The translations under genes were made by a program, and so were the position numbers. A DNA stretch of 64,000 nucleotides from an uncultured Planctomycetaceae bacterium (GTDB taxonomy: Bacteria > Planctomycetota > Planctomycetia > Isosphaerales > Isosphaeraceae): the NCBI GenBank assembly GCA_963833985.1, contig CAWIAD010000001.1, positions 2,496,001 to 2,560,000 of the forward strand, given 5' to 3'. Each line of letters begins with the position of its first letter. Position 1 is the stretch's first letter. The notes below the pieces were generated by a model. It did not search any database, was not told the origin of the DNA, and was given only the letters and a program-made list of their open reading frames with translations. Positions 33,239 through 42,981 of the stretch are shown here, in pieces.

Positions 33239-34618
33239 TCACGCCGCCCGCACCGCTTCGGACCGCGCCGCGGCGCTGCCCGTCCGCTCGTCGAACATCT
33301 TCTTGACGATGTTGCGGTAGAGCGAGTTGCCCTGCTCGATGCTCACGTTGATGAGCTCCAGGGCGTCCTTGAGGTTGCTCATCGTGCTGGCGAGCTGTTC
33401 CTGTGTGGTGCGGCTCGACTTTTCGTACGCCGACGACCACGAGTCGGACAGGCTCTCGATGGCCCGCGTGGCCCGGTCGAGCCCGCGCTGGATCTCCTCG
33501 AGCTGCGGGTCGGTATCCGCCGGTCTGGCGAGGGCCCGTTCGATCCGCGAGAGGCTCGCGGCGCCCTGTCGCAGCGACTCCCCGGCCGACTGGAAGACCT
33601 CCAGCTCGCCCCCGAGTCGGCCAATCGCCTCGGCCCCCTTCTGGAACGCCGCCATCGGCCGCGGAAGCTGCTCGATCGAGCCCGCAAGCTGGGCGATCGG
33701 TCCGTTCAGGCTCTGGCCGATCTTTGCCGCTTCCGTTCGCAGCATCTCGGCCGCCGGCGCCAGGATGGTCGCCAGCTCGGCCCGTAGCTGGGCCATCTGC
33801 GGCGCGATCAGCTCGTCGAGCCGGTCCGCGAACGGATCTCGTGTGCTCACACCGGGGAGCACGTGCTCGACAACCCAGCCGTCGACCCGAGCGAGCAGTG
33901 CCTCGGACTTGCGGAATACCAGGGTCTGAACCAGCATCAGCGCTGCGCTCAGGAAGAGGGCCAGCAGCGTGCTATCGAAGGCGATCTGGAGGGCCGAGGT
34001 CACTCCCGTCAGGTTGTTCAGGAACGCGTCCAGGTCCTTCACCAGCGGCAGCACCCGGCTGATGTTCATGAGCGCCTTGGAGATGCCTTCCACCGTGCCG
34101 ATGAACCCGATCACCGGCAGCAGGTAAAGGATGTAGCGCGTGAGTGTGAACCGGCCGGCCATGTGCTCCTGGTCAAGGCCCGACGCCTCGCGGTTGATCT
34201 CCATGAGCTGCGAGGCCGAGGGCGTGTGCATCTCCCGGAGATTGCCCACGAGCTGGCGAACGCGCACTTGCAAGACCCGGGAATCGCCCGCCAGTACAGG
34301 GCCATTGGCCGGTACGTCCGGGCTGGCCGGCGCTTGCCCCGCGGCATGCCCGCGGCGCATCATGGCGCCGATGTACTGCAACAGCCGTGGCGCCTCGTCG
34401 AAGGCCTTCTCGTTGCGCCAGAGTCCCCAGAGCTCGCGGCCCAGGGTCACGACGGCCCAGAAGTAGATTGCCGTGCCGACGTACTGCTCCCAGCCGCGCT
34501 GGAACATGAGGGTCGGGTTGAAGACCATCAGCCCGATCGGGAAGAGCAAGGCCAGAACCAGCATGAACAGCGCGGCCAGGTAGCCGAGCCGTGGAGAATC
34601 GTTTCTGCTGCGTGCCAT
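33239..34618 (-). CDS. MotA/TolQ/ExbB proton-channel family protein with long C-terminal helical tail
   Basis: LPVIGFIGTVEGI and ALQIAFDSTLLAL TM motifs; roughly 200 aa heptad-rich tail. Confidence 0.85.
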   Translation of the reverse strand: MARSRNDSPRLGYLAALFMLVLALLFPIGLMVFNPTLMFQRGWEQYVGTAIYFWAVVTLGRELWGLWRNEKAFDEAPRLLQYIGAMMRRGHAAGQAPASPDVPANGPVLAGDSRVLQVRVRQLVGNLREMHTPSASQLMEINREASGLDQEHMAGRFTLTRYILYLLPVIGFIGTVEGISKALMNISRVLPLVKDLDAFLNNLTGVTSALQIAFDSTLLALFLSAALMLVQTLVFRKSEALLARVDGWVVEHVLPGVSTRDPFADRLDELIAPQMAQLRAELATILAPAAEMLRTEAAKIGQSLNGPIAQLAGSIEQLPRPMAAFQKGAEAIGRLGGELEVFQSAGESLRQGAASLSRIERALARPADTDPQLEEIQRGLDRATRAIESLSDSWSSAYEKSSRTTQEQLASTMSNLKDALELINVSIEQGNSLYRNIVKKMFDERTGSAAARSEAVRAA

Positions 34619-34813
34619 CCTGGAATCCTTCCTGGAATCGGGCCAAGCCGGTGGAAGCGCCTCGTCCTGCGCAGCTCATGTGCGAACCGGCCTGGCGGCA
34701 TAACCCTCAAAACCCGTATCAACTCGCTCATCGGCGGAACTGCGCCCGGGTCTTGAATCTTTTCCGGCGGAATTCCCGGACACCTTCGCCCGACAGGCAC
34801 CAGGCCCCGGGGC

Positions 34814-37198
34814 TTACCTTGAAGCGGCCGCGCCGGCCGCGGCCTGCGCCGGCTTGCGGCCGCCGGTCCCGGGATCCTGACGCAGCACCAGGACACGATC
34901 GTGCGCGATCAGCACGAGATCCTCGCGGCCATCGCCGTCCACGTCGCCGATGGCCTGGTCGCGCGGCTCGATCATGTCGCCGACGCCGTGGAACAGCTTC
35001 CGCTCAAAGATCTTGAAGCTGATGGCGTGCAGCAGGTCCAGGTCGCCCGCGTAGCTGGCGATCTCGAGCATCTGCTCGGCCACGTCCATGAACACGACGT
35101 CCGCGGCGCCATCGGCGTTCAGGTCACCGGCGATCAGGTCCGCGAAGCGTGCCTCGTTGCGTTTCGATTCGTAGCTTGCGATGGTCTTCAGCCGCTGTCC
35201 CTTGCGGCCGGTCTGAAGCACGCCGAAGCGGTCGGAACCGGCGATCAGCAGGTCGTCGCGGCCGTCGCCATCGAAATCGGCGACATGCAGGCCCTCGAAG
35301 TTGATCGCCCCGACCGCCAGGGTCCCCGCCGGACGGTACACCCCTTCCTTCTGCGTCAGGAACAGCAGCGACCGGCTGTTTCGCTCCATCAGGACGATTT
35401 CTTTCTTACCATCGCCGTCAGCATCGATCGCCGCGGCGCCCTGGATGATGGCCGAGTTGCGACCCGAATTGAACTGCGACTTGATCTGCCACTGGTCACC
35501 GGAATCGAGCACGATCTGCCTTGCGAAGGTGTTCTGAGCCACGATCAGCGCTGGCCCTCCCAGATCGGCGAGGCTCAGGCTGGCGGGCGTGGCGGCGGCC
35601 ATGGGACCCAGGCTGCCGGTGAAGGGCCGCGGAGGCCCGTCCTTGCGGCCGATCAGCAAGATCGGCGTGCCATAGCCGGTGAAGACCATGAAGTCGGTCA
35701 CCTTGTCGTGATTGACGTCGATTGCCTTCAGTCCGGAGGGCGGATCGTTCAAACCGGGAATCTTCAGCTCAGCCTTCGGCAGCGGGTGGAACGCTCCCGT
35801 GGCGTTGCGCTGGAGGGCAAGCAGGGTGTAGGCATCGGGGCTGCCGGGCGACTTCACCCGCGCGATGTAGACCACGTCCGTCAACCCGTCGCCGTCGAGG
35901 TCGCCCAGGTCCATGGCGACCGGCTCGCCGGCGGCCGGCAATGAGGCCGGGAAGGTGACGCGGCCGCCTTCCATCACGCTGCGGCCGATCTGCTTTTCCT
36001 GCTGCGACAGCACATAGATCTCCTCGCGGCCGTCGCGGTCGAGGTCGGCCAGGCGGACCGTCGTACCACCGAGCAGGCCAGGGAACGACTGCCCCGCGCT
36101 CAGGCCGGAGCGGCCGCTCTGGCGGTACACCCAGACCTGGGCACTGGCCGGATCGGAGACCACCACGTCGGCCCGCCTGTCGCCGTCCAGGTCGCCAATC
36201 GCCAGCGTCCGTCCGCGGTCGCTGCCCTGAGCAAGGCCGAAGAAGATCATGCGGCCCCACCGGTTCTGCTCGTCGGCCGCCGACTCATCGAGAGTCAGCA
36301 CCTTGCCCCGGCCGGACTGGTTCTCGATGGTGAGGATCTCCTCGCCGCCAACACCGTCGATCTGGCCGAAGGCGATGGCCCGGGGCGCCTCCACCTGGAA
36401 CCGCTGCTCCGGACCCAGTTTCTTCTCCTTGGTGGCGAACCGTACGTGGATCGGATGGTCTGTACCCCCGTCAAGCAGCACCAGGTCCAGCGCGCCGTTG
36501 CCGTCCAGGTCCATGAGCCGGAGCAGCCGTGGATTGCTTGCGGTGTGCGGCACGCGCTCCGGCTCGGACAGCACGCCGGTTGCCGTCTGGTACACGAACA
36601 CCAGGTCATTCTCCGCCAGCAGGGCGATGTCGTCGCGGCCGTCCTGGTTCAGGTCGCCGACAGCCAGGGCGTTGGGCGTCTCGACGCCATCCCCGGTATT
36701 GACCTTCTTGCCGTGGCCGAACCGGCCAGCTCCCTCGTTGAAAAGGATCTCCACCTCGGCCGGCGTTCCGTAGTAGACCAGGTCCGTCTTGCCGTCGCCG
36801 TTGAAGTCGCCGCTGGCAAGGCTGACGACCTCTTTATTGACCGGGATGCTCTTCAGCCGCATCCGCTTGTCGAACTCCAGGTCGTTGGTCTCCTTGCGGA
36901 ACGGCAGTGCCTCGGCCTCGCCGGCCGGCCGCTTCGAGCTCAGCAGCAGATCGATGCGTGAGCGGGCATTGTTTCCTACGATGATGTCGCCCGTCTTGTC
37001 ACCGTCCACGTCGCGGATCAGCAGGTTGCCGATCCGCCTCTCCATCTTGTAGATCTCGAGCGGCTGGAACCCGAAGTAGTCAGCCAGCCTGGGAGCATCC
37101 GCGGGCGGCTGGGCGAGAACGCATGCGGATCCGACGAGGACGACCATGTTTCCCGTCAGGAAGACAGCCCAGAGCCAGCGGGTTCCCGGTCCAGTCAT
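34814..37198 (-). CDS. Secreted FG-GAP/VCBS repeat protein
   Basis: More than 10 D-x-D/N-x-D-G-x-x-D repeats; N-terminal signal/TM segment. Confidence 0.9.
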   Translation of the reverse strand: MTGPGTRWLWAVFLTGNMVVLVGSACVLAQPPADAPRLADYFGFQPLEIYKMERRIGNLLIRDVDGDKTGDIIVGNNARSRIDLLLSSKRPAGEAEALPFRKETNDLEFDKRMRLKSIPVNKEVVSLASGDFNGDGKTDLVYYGTPAEVEILFNEGAGRFGHGKKVNTGDGVETPNALAVGDLNQDGRDDIALLAENDLVFVYQTATGVLSEPERVPHTASNPRLLRLMDLDGNGALDLVLLDGGTDHPIHVRFATKEKKLGPEQRFQVEAPRAIAFGQIDGVGGEEILTIENQSGRGKVLTLDESAADEQNRWGRMIFFGLAQGSDRGRTLAIGDLDGDRRADVVVSDPASAQVWVYRQSGRSGLSAGQSFPGLLGGTTVRLADLDRDGREEIYVLSQQEKQIGRSVMEGGRVTFPASLPAAGEPVAMDLGDLDGDGLTDVVYIARVKSPGSPDAYTLLALQRNATGAFHPLPKAELKIPGLNDPPSGLKAIDVNHDKVTDFMVFTGYGTPILLIGRKDGPPRPFTGSLGPMAAATPASLSLADLGGPALIVAQNTFARQIVLDSGDQWQIKSQFNSGRNSAIIQGAAAIDADGDGKKEIVLMERNSRSLLFLTQKEGVYRPAGTLAVGAINFEGLHVADFDGDGRDDLLIAGSDRFGVLQTGRKGQRLKTIASYESKRNEARFADLIAGDLNADGAADVVFMDVAEQMLEIASYAGDLDLLHAISFKIFERKLFHGVGDMIEPRDQAIGDVDGDGREDLVLIAHDRVLVLRQDPGTGGRKPAQAAAGAAASR

Positions 37199-37277
37199 CG
37201 CGTCATTCCTTGTTCGTTCAGAGGGCATAAGGCGGCAGTGTCGTGGTGCGTCCGTCGCTGCGCAGTAAACCGCCAGC

Positions 37278-38648
37278 CTACGACTCGAACGACCGTGGGG
37301 CAAGGCGAAGATGCAAGCGCGATCCGGCGATCCGGCGAGCTGGCAACCAGGTGATGCGGTACGAAGCCGGGACGCCGGGTGTGGAAACCCGCGACAACGC
37401 AGCGGTGTGGCTCAACGCCAGAAACGCCCCGATGCTCGCCGGCCTGCGGTTCGTCAGGCCGGAGCACAGCGTTGGTTGCGGTGCGCCGGGCATTAGCAGT
37501 GCAGCGTCCGCTCTGGCGGCCGGTTCGGCCCGCCCCTCCAGGCGCTCCGGCAAGAAGAAGAAGGCGAGTGCAAGGATGGCGTAGACGGCCAGCAGCATGG
37601 CACCTTCCAGCCAGTTGGATTCACCATCCTCGGCCACCATGCGCGCGACGAGCACGCCCACCACCACGGCCAGCACCTCCAGCGACGTGAACCGCAGGTC
37701 CATCGGCCGGTCGCGCAGATAACTGGTGAATACGAGTACGGGGGCGACGAAGAGCGCAATCTGGAGCGCAGAGCCCAGCGCGATGCCGACGGCCAGGTCC
37801 ATCTGGTTCTTGAGGGCCACCAGGACGGCCGTGGAGTGCTCGGCCGCGTTCCCCACGATGGCGACCAGCACGACGCCAATGAATACCGAATTGAGCCCCA
37901 GTTGATGGCTGGCATGCTCGACGGTGGCGACGAGGACCTCGCTCATCCAGGCCACCAGGAGCGTTGCGACGATGAGGACCCCGGTGGCCGCCCTGGTGCT
38001 CCAGTGCTCCTCTGCTTCGTGGGCGTCGGAGTTTTCGGGGTTGAACAGGTCCTTGTGCGTCACGAGGCTGAACACAAGGTGCGCGACGTACACCATGATA
38101 AGGATGAGACAAACGCCGATGCTCAGCCTGTGCTCCAGGTCGGCGTGGCGGGCGGTGACCTCCGGCAACCCGTGAAAGATGGCGGGGATGAGCATGCCAA
38201 GCGAGGCCAGGACCAGCATCGTCGAGCCGACGCCGGCTGCGGTGCGATTAAAACTCTGGGTGCTGTGCTTCAGGCCGCCGGCCAGCAAGCTCGCCCCGAG
38301 CACAAGGAGTACATTGCCCAGGATGCTCCCGGCCAGCGAGGCCTTGACCACCGCGTCATACCCCTTGAACAGGGCGAAGAGCGCGATGATCAGCTCCGCG
38401 GCGTTGCCGAAAGTCGCGTTCAGCAGGCCGCCAATGCCTGGTCCCAGACGTTCGGCAAGCTGCTCGGTGGCCTCACCCATCAGTCCGGCCAGGGGAATGA
38501 TCGCCAGGGCGGAGACTCCGAAGAGCCAGATCGACCGGGCACCCATCATGCGCAAAAGAACTGTGGCCGGCACTGCCAGCAACAACAAACGCATCCATCC
38601 ACCAGTTCGTGGGTCAAAGCAGGATCTTATTGCAACCCAATCATTCAT
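37278..38648 (-). CDS. cax: Ca2+/H+ antiporter (CaCA/CAX family)
   Basis: NATFGNAAE, GSILGN, GNAAEH, GSALQIALF, DGESNWLEG. The C-terminal extension past about 37500 may be read-through from an indel. Confidence 0.93.
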   Translation of the reverse strand: MNDWVAIRSCFDPRTGGWMRLLLLAVPATVLLRMMGARSIWLFGVSALAIIPLAGLMGEATEQLAERLGPGIGGLLNATFGNAAELIIALFALFKGYDAVVKASLAGSILGNVLLVLGASLLAGGLKHSTQSFNRTAAGVGSTMLVLASLGMLIPAIFHGLPEVTARHADLEHRLSIGVCLILIMVYVAHLVFSLVTHKDLFNPENSDAHEAEEHWSTRAATGVLIVATLLVAWMSEVLVATVEHASHQLGLNSVFIGVVLVAIVGNAAEHSTAVLVALKNQMDLAVGIALGSALQIALFVAPVLVFTSYLRDRPMDLRFTSLEVLAVVVGVLVARMVAEDGESNWLEGAMLLAVYAILALAFFFLPERLEGRAEPAARADAALLMPGAPQPTLCSGLTNRRPASIGAFLALSHTAALSRVSTPGVPASYRITWLPARRIAGSRLHLRLAPRSFES

Positions 38649-38912
38649 GTGTGCTTCAAAGCCGTGCTCGTGCTGTACGTTGACTCCCTTATCCGGCACC
38701 TTATAATGCCTCCATCAATCAGGACCCAGGTCACCGCCCGGGCCTTGTGTTGCTTGAAGATCCCTGTTGACGGTGAATCACGGAAGGGCGAAAGAGGATT
38801 CGGTCCCGGTCGGATCGCGGCCGGGCCGGGTGCTTCGCCTGACCTATGGTTGTGTTTCCGGTTTTACCGGTGTGTCCCCCGCGTCGTTTCGTAGATTGAC
38901 GAGGCATGAATC

Positions 38913-39245
38913 ATGGCCGGCAGCGTGAAGGAGTTTACCGACGCCAACTGGAAGTCGGAAGTCCTCGATTCGGCGGTACCCGTGGTGGTCGATTTCTGGG
39001 CGCCTTGGTGCGGTCCTTGCCGCACGCTGGCACCCACCATCGAAAAACTGGCCGGTGAATTCGATGGTCGGGTCAAGGTGGGTAAGATGAACACGGACGA
39101 AAACCAGGAAACCCCGGGCGACCTGCGGATTTCAGCGATTCCCACCGTACTGGTGTTCCAGGAAGGCAAGGAAGTGGAGCGGCTGGTTGGCGTGAATCCG
39201 GAGACCAAGTTCAAAGCCGCACTTGCCAAGCTTGGGGTGGCGTGA
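38913..39245 (+). CDS. trxA: Thioredoxin
   Basis: DFWAPWCGPC, SAIPT. Confidence 0.97.
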   Translation: MAGSVKEFTDANWKSEVLDSAVPVVVDFWAPWCGPCRTLAPTIEKLAGEFDGRVKVGKMNTDENQETPGDLRISAIPTVLVFQEGKEVERLVGVNPETKFKAALAKLGVA

Positions 39246-39288
39246 AACCGCCGCGCGGCATGGGTATCGCTCCTGGATAATGACCTGG

Positions 39289-39977
39289 ATGTTTTTGATC
39301 CAGCTGGAGTCCGGGTCAAGGTATGCGGCTTGACCCGGGTCGACGAGGCCATCGCCTGCGTGGAGGCAGGTGCTGACCTCATCGGCATCAATTTTCATGC
39401 CGCGTCGCCCCGGTTCGTGGACGTCCCGGCGGCTCGGGCCATCGTCTCCGGCCTTGCCGACCCCGGCCGGGCAGTCGGCGTGTTCGTGGACCGCCCGGCT
39501 GGCGAGGTAGCGGCTCTGGCGGAAGCGGTCGGCCTACGACGGATTCAGCTCCACGGCAACGAACCGGTCGATGACCTGCGCGTTCTCACCCGGTTCTGGA
39601 TCATCCGCGCCTTCCGTCTCGGGACGATCCGGGACGTCGATGCGATGACGGCCTATCTGCGAGAGGCACGGGTGCTGGGCCGTCCGCCGGACGCCGTTCT
39701 GGTGGACGCCCACGTCCCGGGGCAAGCCGGCGGCACGGGAACCCTTGTGGCCGATGACCTTCTGGGCCGGCTGCCAAGTCTCTCCCATCTCATCCTGGCC
39801 GGTGGCCTGAGTCCGGAGAACGTGGCCAGCCGCGTGGCCAGCGTGCAGCCGTGGATGGTGGACGTGGCCAGCGGCGTGGAGTCCACCCCCGGCCGCAAGG
39901 ACGCCATGAAGGTGGCCGCGTTCCTGCGTGCCGCCCGTAACTATCCATCTCGCCAACACTTCGAACCTGGTCGTTGA
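39289..39977 (+). CDS. trpF: Phosphoribosylanthranilate isomerase
   Basis: VKVCGLT, SPRFV, IQLHG, GGTG, LAGGL, DVASGVE. The nearest ATG is out of frame across a T5 run, probably an indel. Confidence 0.92.
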
Positions 39978-40077
39978 GCAGCCTCTGGCGTCGGACAGAT
40001 GGTTGACAACCCGCGCCCTCCGGGATAGCTTGAAGTTTCGCTTCACAAATCCCTCCGTGCGCAGAACAGGTTCGACC

Positions 40078-40803
40078 ATGCCCCCGACGACACGACGGGA
40101 CGAAACCCGACCGCTGGACGAGTGCCAGGACGTGCTCGACTACGCGTTTCGCGATCCCGCCTTGCTGCGCGTGGCGCTCACGCACGCCTCAGGGGCAAAT
40201 CACCGGCTTGCCTCCAACGAACGGCTGGAATTCCTGGGCGATGCCATCCTCGGCGCGGTGGTCTGCGAGTTGCTCTTCCGCAAGTATCCGGACTACCAGG
40301 AAGGCGAGCTGACGCGGATCAAGTCGATCGTGGTGTCGCGCTCCACCTGCGCGAAGATCACCGAAGCCCTGGGCATCGATGCCTTCCTGTACCTGGGTAA
40401 GGGCATGGGCAACCGGGAACAGACGCCTCCCTCCGTGCTGGCCGACGTACTCGAAAGCCTGATCGGCGCCATTTTCCTGGACGGCGGCATGGAGGCGGCG
40501 AGCCGGTTCATCACGGCGCACCTTGAGCCGGAGATCGACGCGGCCGTCGACGGACAGGGGGGGCTGAACTACAAGAGCAACCTGCAACAGATGGCCCAGC
40601 GCCAGTTCGGGGAGACTCCCACCTACCTGCTACTGGACGAAAAGGGGCCGGACCACTCAAAATGCTTCAAGATCTCGGCGCTGATCGGCCGCCAGCGTCA
40701 TGCCCCCGCCTGGGGCCGAAACAAGAAAGAGGCCGAACAACGCGCCGCGCTGAACGCGTTGTGCCAGCTCTCGGGCGAGCCCATCCCGTACGAATCGGAC
40801 TGA
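40078..40803 (+). CDS. rnc: Ribonuclease III
   Basis: ALTHAS, NERLEFLGDA; dsRBD (YKSNLQ, GPDH, KKEAEQ). Confidence 0.97.
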   Translation: MPPTTRRDETRPLDECQDVLDYAFRDPALLRVALTHASGANHRLASNERLEFLGDAILGAVVCELLFRKYPDYQEGELTRIKSIVVSRSTCAKITEALGIDAFLYLGKGMGNREQTPPSVLADVLESLIGAIFLDGGMEAASRFITAHLEPEIDAAVDGQGGLNYKSNLQQMAQRQFGETPTYLLLDEKGPDHSKCFKISALIGRQRHAPAWGRNKKEAEQRAALNALCQLSGEPIPYESD

Positions 40804-40813
40804 CGAGGTTACC

Positions 40814-42079
40814 GTGAGTGGTGCACTTGTCTCCGACCTTGGACTGGGCCCGGAAGTCTGGCTGTTCCTCTCGCTGCTGGCCTGCGTGACGGTCTTTTTC
40901 AAGTTCAACCGGCTCTGGAGCGTTCGCAACCTCGACTTGCTGCTCCTGTTCGTGCTCGTGCCGGGGATGATGCTAATTGTCGGTCACCAGCAAGGCCCAC
41001 CGTGGTCGGCCTTCATCTGGCTGTTCCTGGGGTCCGCAGCGTGGCTGGTACGCTGCCTCTTGGACCTGGGACTGGTGCGCCGGCCCTTGCTGGAACCGAA
41101 CCTGAACGCACCGGGGCTGCTCTGCCTGGCGATCGGCGTGCTCAGTCTGCTGCTTGCCGAGACAATCAGCTTGCCCGTGGAGGATGGCGCGGCCCGCAAC
41201 CCGGCCGAGCCGACCGGAGTCCGGGACGGGCGCAGCCCCTCTCCCGGAGCGGCCACCGAGAAGGCCGCCGAGATGAAGCATGCCATTGAGCCCTGGCTGC
41301 CGGAGACGCTCAAGGAGAAGCCTGTCCAGGTCGTCTTCTCGCGCGTGCTGGCCATTCTGGCACACAGCGGCCTGGTCACCGGCCTGATCCTCATCGGCTG
41401 GAAGCATTTCGATCGGCCGATCTCGGGCCTGGCCATGGCCGCCTGTTACCTGCTTTTGCCTTACACAAGGATGGCGGTGGTCGATAGCGGCCAGCTCATC
41501 TCCGCGGCGCTCATTATCCTGGCGGTGTTCTGGCATGCGCGGCCCTCGGTGACCGGTTCGCTCATCGGTCTGGCGGCCGGCTGGCTTCCAGCATGCCTGG
41601 GCCTGATCCCGCTCTGGGCCGGATTCTATCGGGGACGGGGCATGTACCGGTTCCTCATCGTCGCGTGTTCCGTGGCGGTCGTTTGCGCCCTCCTCGGCGT
41701 ATCGATCGCGGAGCTGGGCCGCTCGGCGCGCATGCTGGGAGCGCGCAGCATCGCCGAGGCCGGCCTGCTGCCCTGGTTCGAGCCGAAATCCACCGGCAGC
41801 TTCTGGGTGCGCATCGATACCGCGTTCCGGCTGCCCGTCCTGATCGCCTACCTGGCCCTGGTGATCGTGGTCACCCTCTGGCCCGCGCGGAAGAGTCTGG
41901 CCGAGCTGATTTCCCTGTCCGCGGCGCTCCTGGTGGCCAGCCAGTTCTGGTACCTGGACAAGGGTGGCGCGCTGGTGTTGCTCTACTTGCCACTGGTGAT
42001 CCTCATGATGTTCCGACCAACCATGGCTGCGCACCGTCCCCTGGCCGCACCCCTGCGCCCCGCCGCCACGAGGGTCTGA
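40814..42079 (+). CDS. Polytopic membrane protein, possibly GT-C/GT87-like
   Basis: About 10 hydrophobic segments; 10 nt after rnc; function uncertain. Confidence 0.6.
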   Translation: MSGALVSDLGLGPEVWLFLSLLACVTVFFKFNRLWSVRNLDLLLLFVLVPGMMLIVGHQQGPPWSAFIWLFLGSAAWLVRCLLDLGLVRRPLLEPNLNAPGLLCLAIGVLSLLLAETISLPVEDGAARNPAEPTGVRDGRSPSPGAATEKAAEMKHAIEPWLPETLKEKPVQVVFSRVLAILAHSGLVTGLILIGWKHFDRPISGLAMAACYLLLPYTRMAVVDSGQLISAALIILAVFWHARPSVTGSLIGLAAGWLPACLGLIPLWAGFYRGRGMYRFLIVACSVAVVCALLGVSIAELGRSARMLGARSIAEAGLLPWFEPKSTGSFWVRIDTAFRLPVLIAYLALVIVVTLWPARKSLAELISLSAALLVASQFWYLDKGGALVLLYLPLVILMMFRPTMAAHRPLAAPLRPAATRV

Positions 42080-42122
42080 TTCAGACCGCGCCGGCCGATG
42101 CCGCGTGCGCTCCCGTCAAATG

Positions 42123-42890
42123 TCAGCGTCTACGGACCGCCGGCAAGACCTTCACGAACGCGGGCACCTGGGCGTCCAGATAGACCGTCAGCGGGTTCCG
42201 CGGCAACGCGCCTCCCAGGTTCACGTTCGGGTCGGGACCCAGGTCGCGGAGGATCGCCTGCTGGTCGGCCACGATCCTGGCATGCTCGGCCGTCGTCACG
42301 CTCGCCTCGCGGGCGATCAGCCTCATCTGGTTGAATGTGTCCTGCACAAGCTGGTTCGAGACGACACCGTTGGGCATCGTGGCCTTCACACTGGACTGGT
42401 TCATGACCTGGTTGACGATCACCCCCGTGAGGCTTGCGGCCACCTTCTGCTCGAGCTGCTTCCAGCCCCCACTCCGGTAGGTTCCCGCCAGGAAGGATTG
42501 ATCGAGCACATTCTGAAGCTCGTTCATCTGCAAGGTGGCCTGCCGTACGGAGATGGTGGACGCCGTCTCGATCGCGTGGTCGAGCGTAGCGATGTCACTC
42601 TCCAGGACCGCGAACTCCCCCTTGCGAACCTGGGAAGCCTGCTCGATACGCTGAAGGTCGGCAGTCAGGACCTGAAAGTCGGAACCTGCCTGGTTTTGCA
42701 GGATCGCCTGGGCGTTGGCCGCCTCTCCCGAGGGCGGGGCCAGAAGGTCGTTGTGCACGACGCCAGAGAGCATTTGCCGTGGTTCCAGGCCGATGGTCGA
42801 GGTGAAGCTTTGAGACCGGCACCGACGCCGTTCGCGGCGTCCTGAGGTAGGGCCGGGCCGATCTTTCCGTCCTGGCCATGGAAATCGCAT
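42123..42890 (-). CDS. Secreted hypothetical protein with planctomycete signal motif
   Basis: Arg-rich N-terminus followed by LEPRQMLS. Confidence 0.7.
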   Translation of the reverse strand: MRFPWPGRKDRPGPTSGRRERRRCRSQSFTSTIGLEPRQMLSGVVHNDLLAPPSGEAANAQAILQNQAGSDFQVLTADLQRIEQASQVRKGEFAVLESDIATLDHAIETASTISVRQATLQMNELQNVLDQSFLAGTYRSGGWKQLEQKVAASLTGVIVNQVMNQSSVKATMPNGVVSNQLVQDTFNQMRLIAREASVTTAEHARIVADQQAILRDLGPDPNVNLGGALPRNPLTVYLDAQVPAFVKVLPAVRRR

Positions 42891-42981
42891 CGCATGTCTC
42901 CACGCAGGGCGTGAGGGTTCCATCCTGGCGGATCGCTCCATCTGTTTCTCAGGGCTTCCTTTCGTATCGGCTCTGCCGGTT

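Noticed and set aside
33239..34618. Calling the MotA-like gene a Zorya defence system
   Set aside because: The partner lacks an OmpA-like domain, and no ZorC/D/E helicase or nuclease is nearby; kept only as an analogy.
34814..37198. FG-GAP repeats as a DNA repeat array or mobile element
   Set aside because: These are degenerate protein-level repeats within a single ORF.
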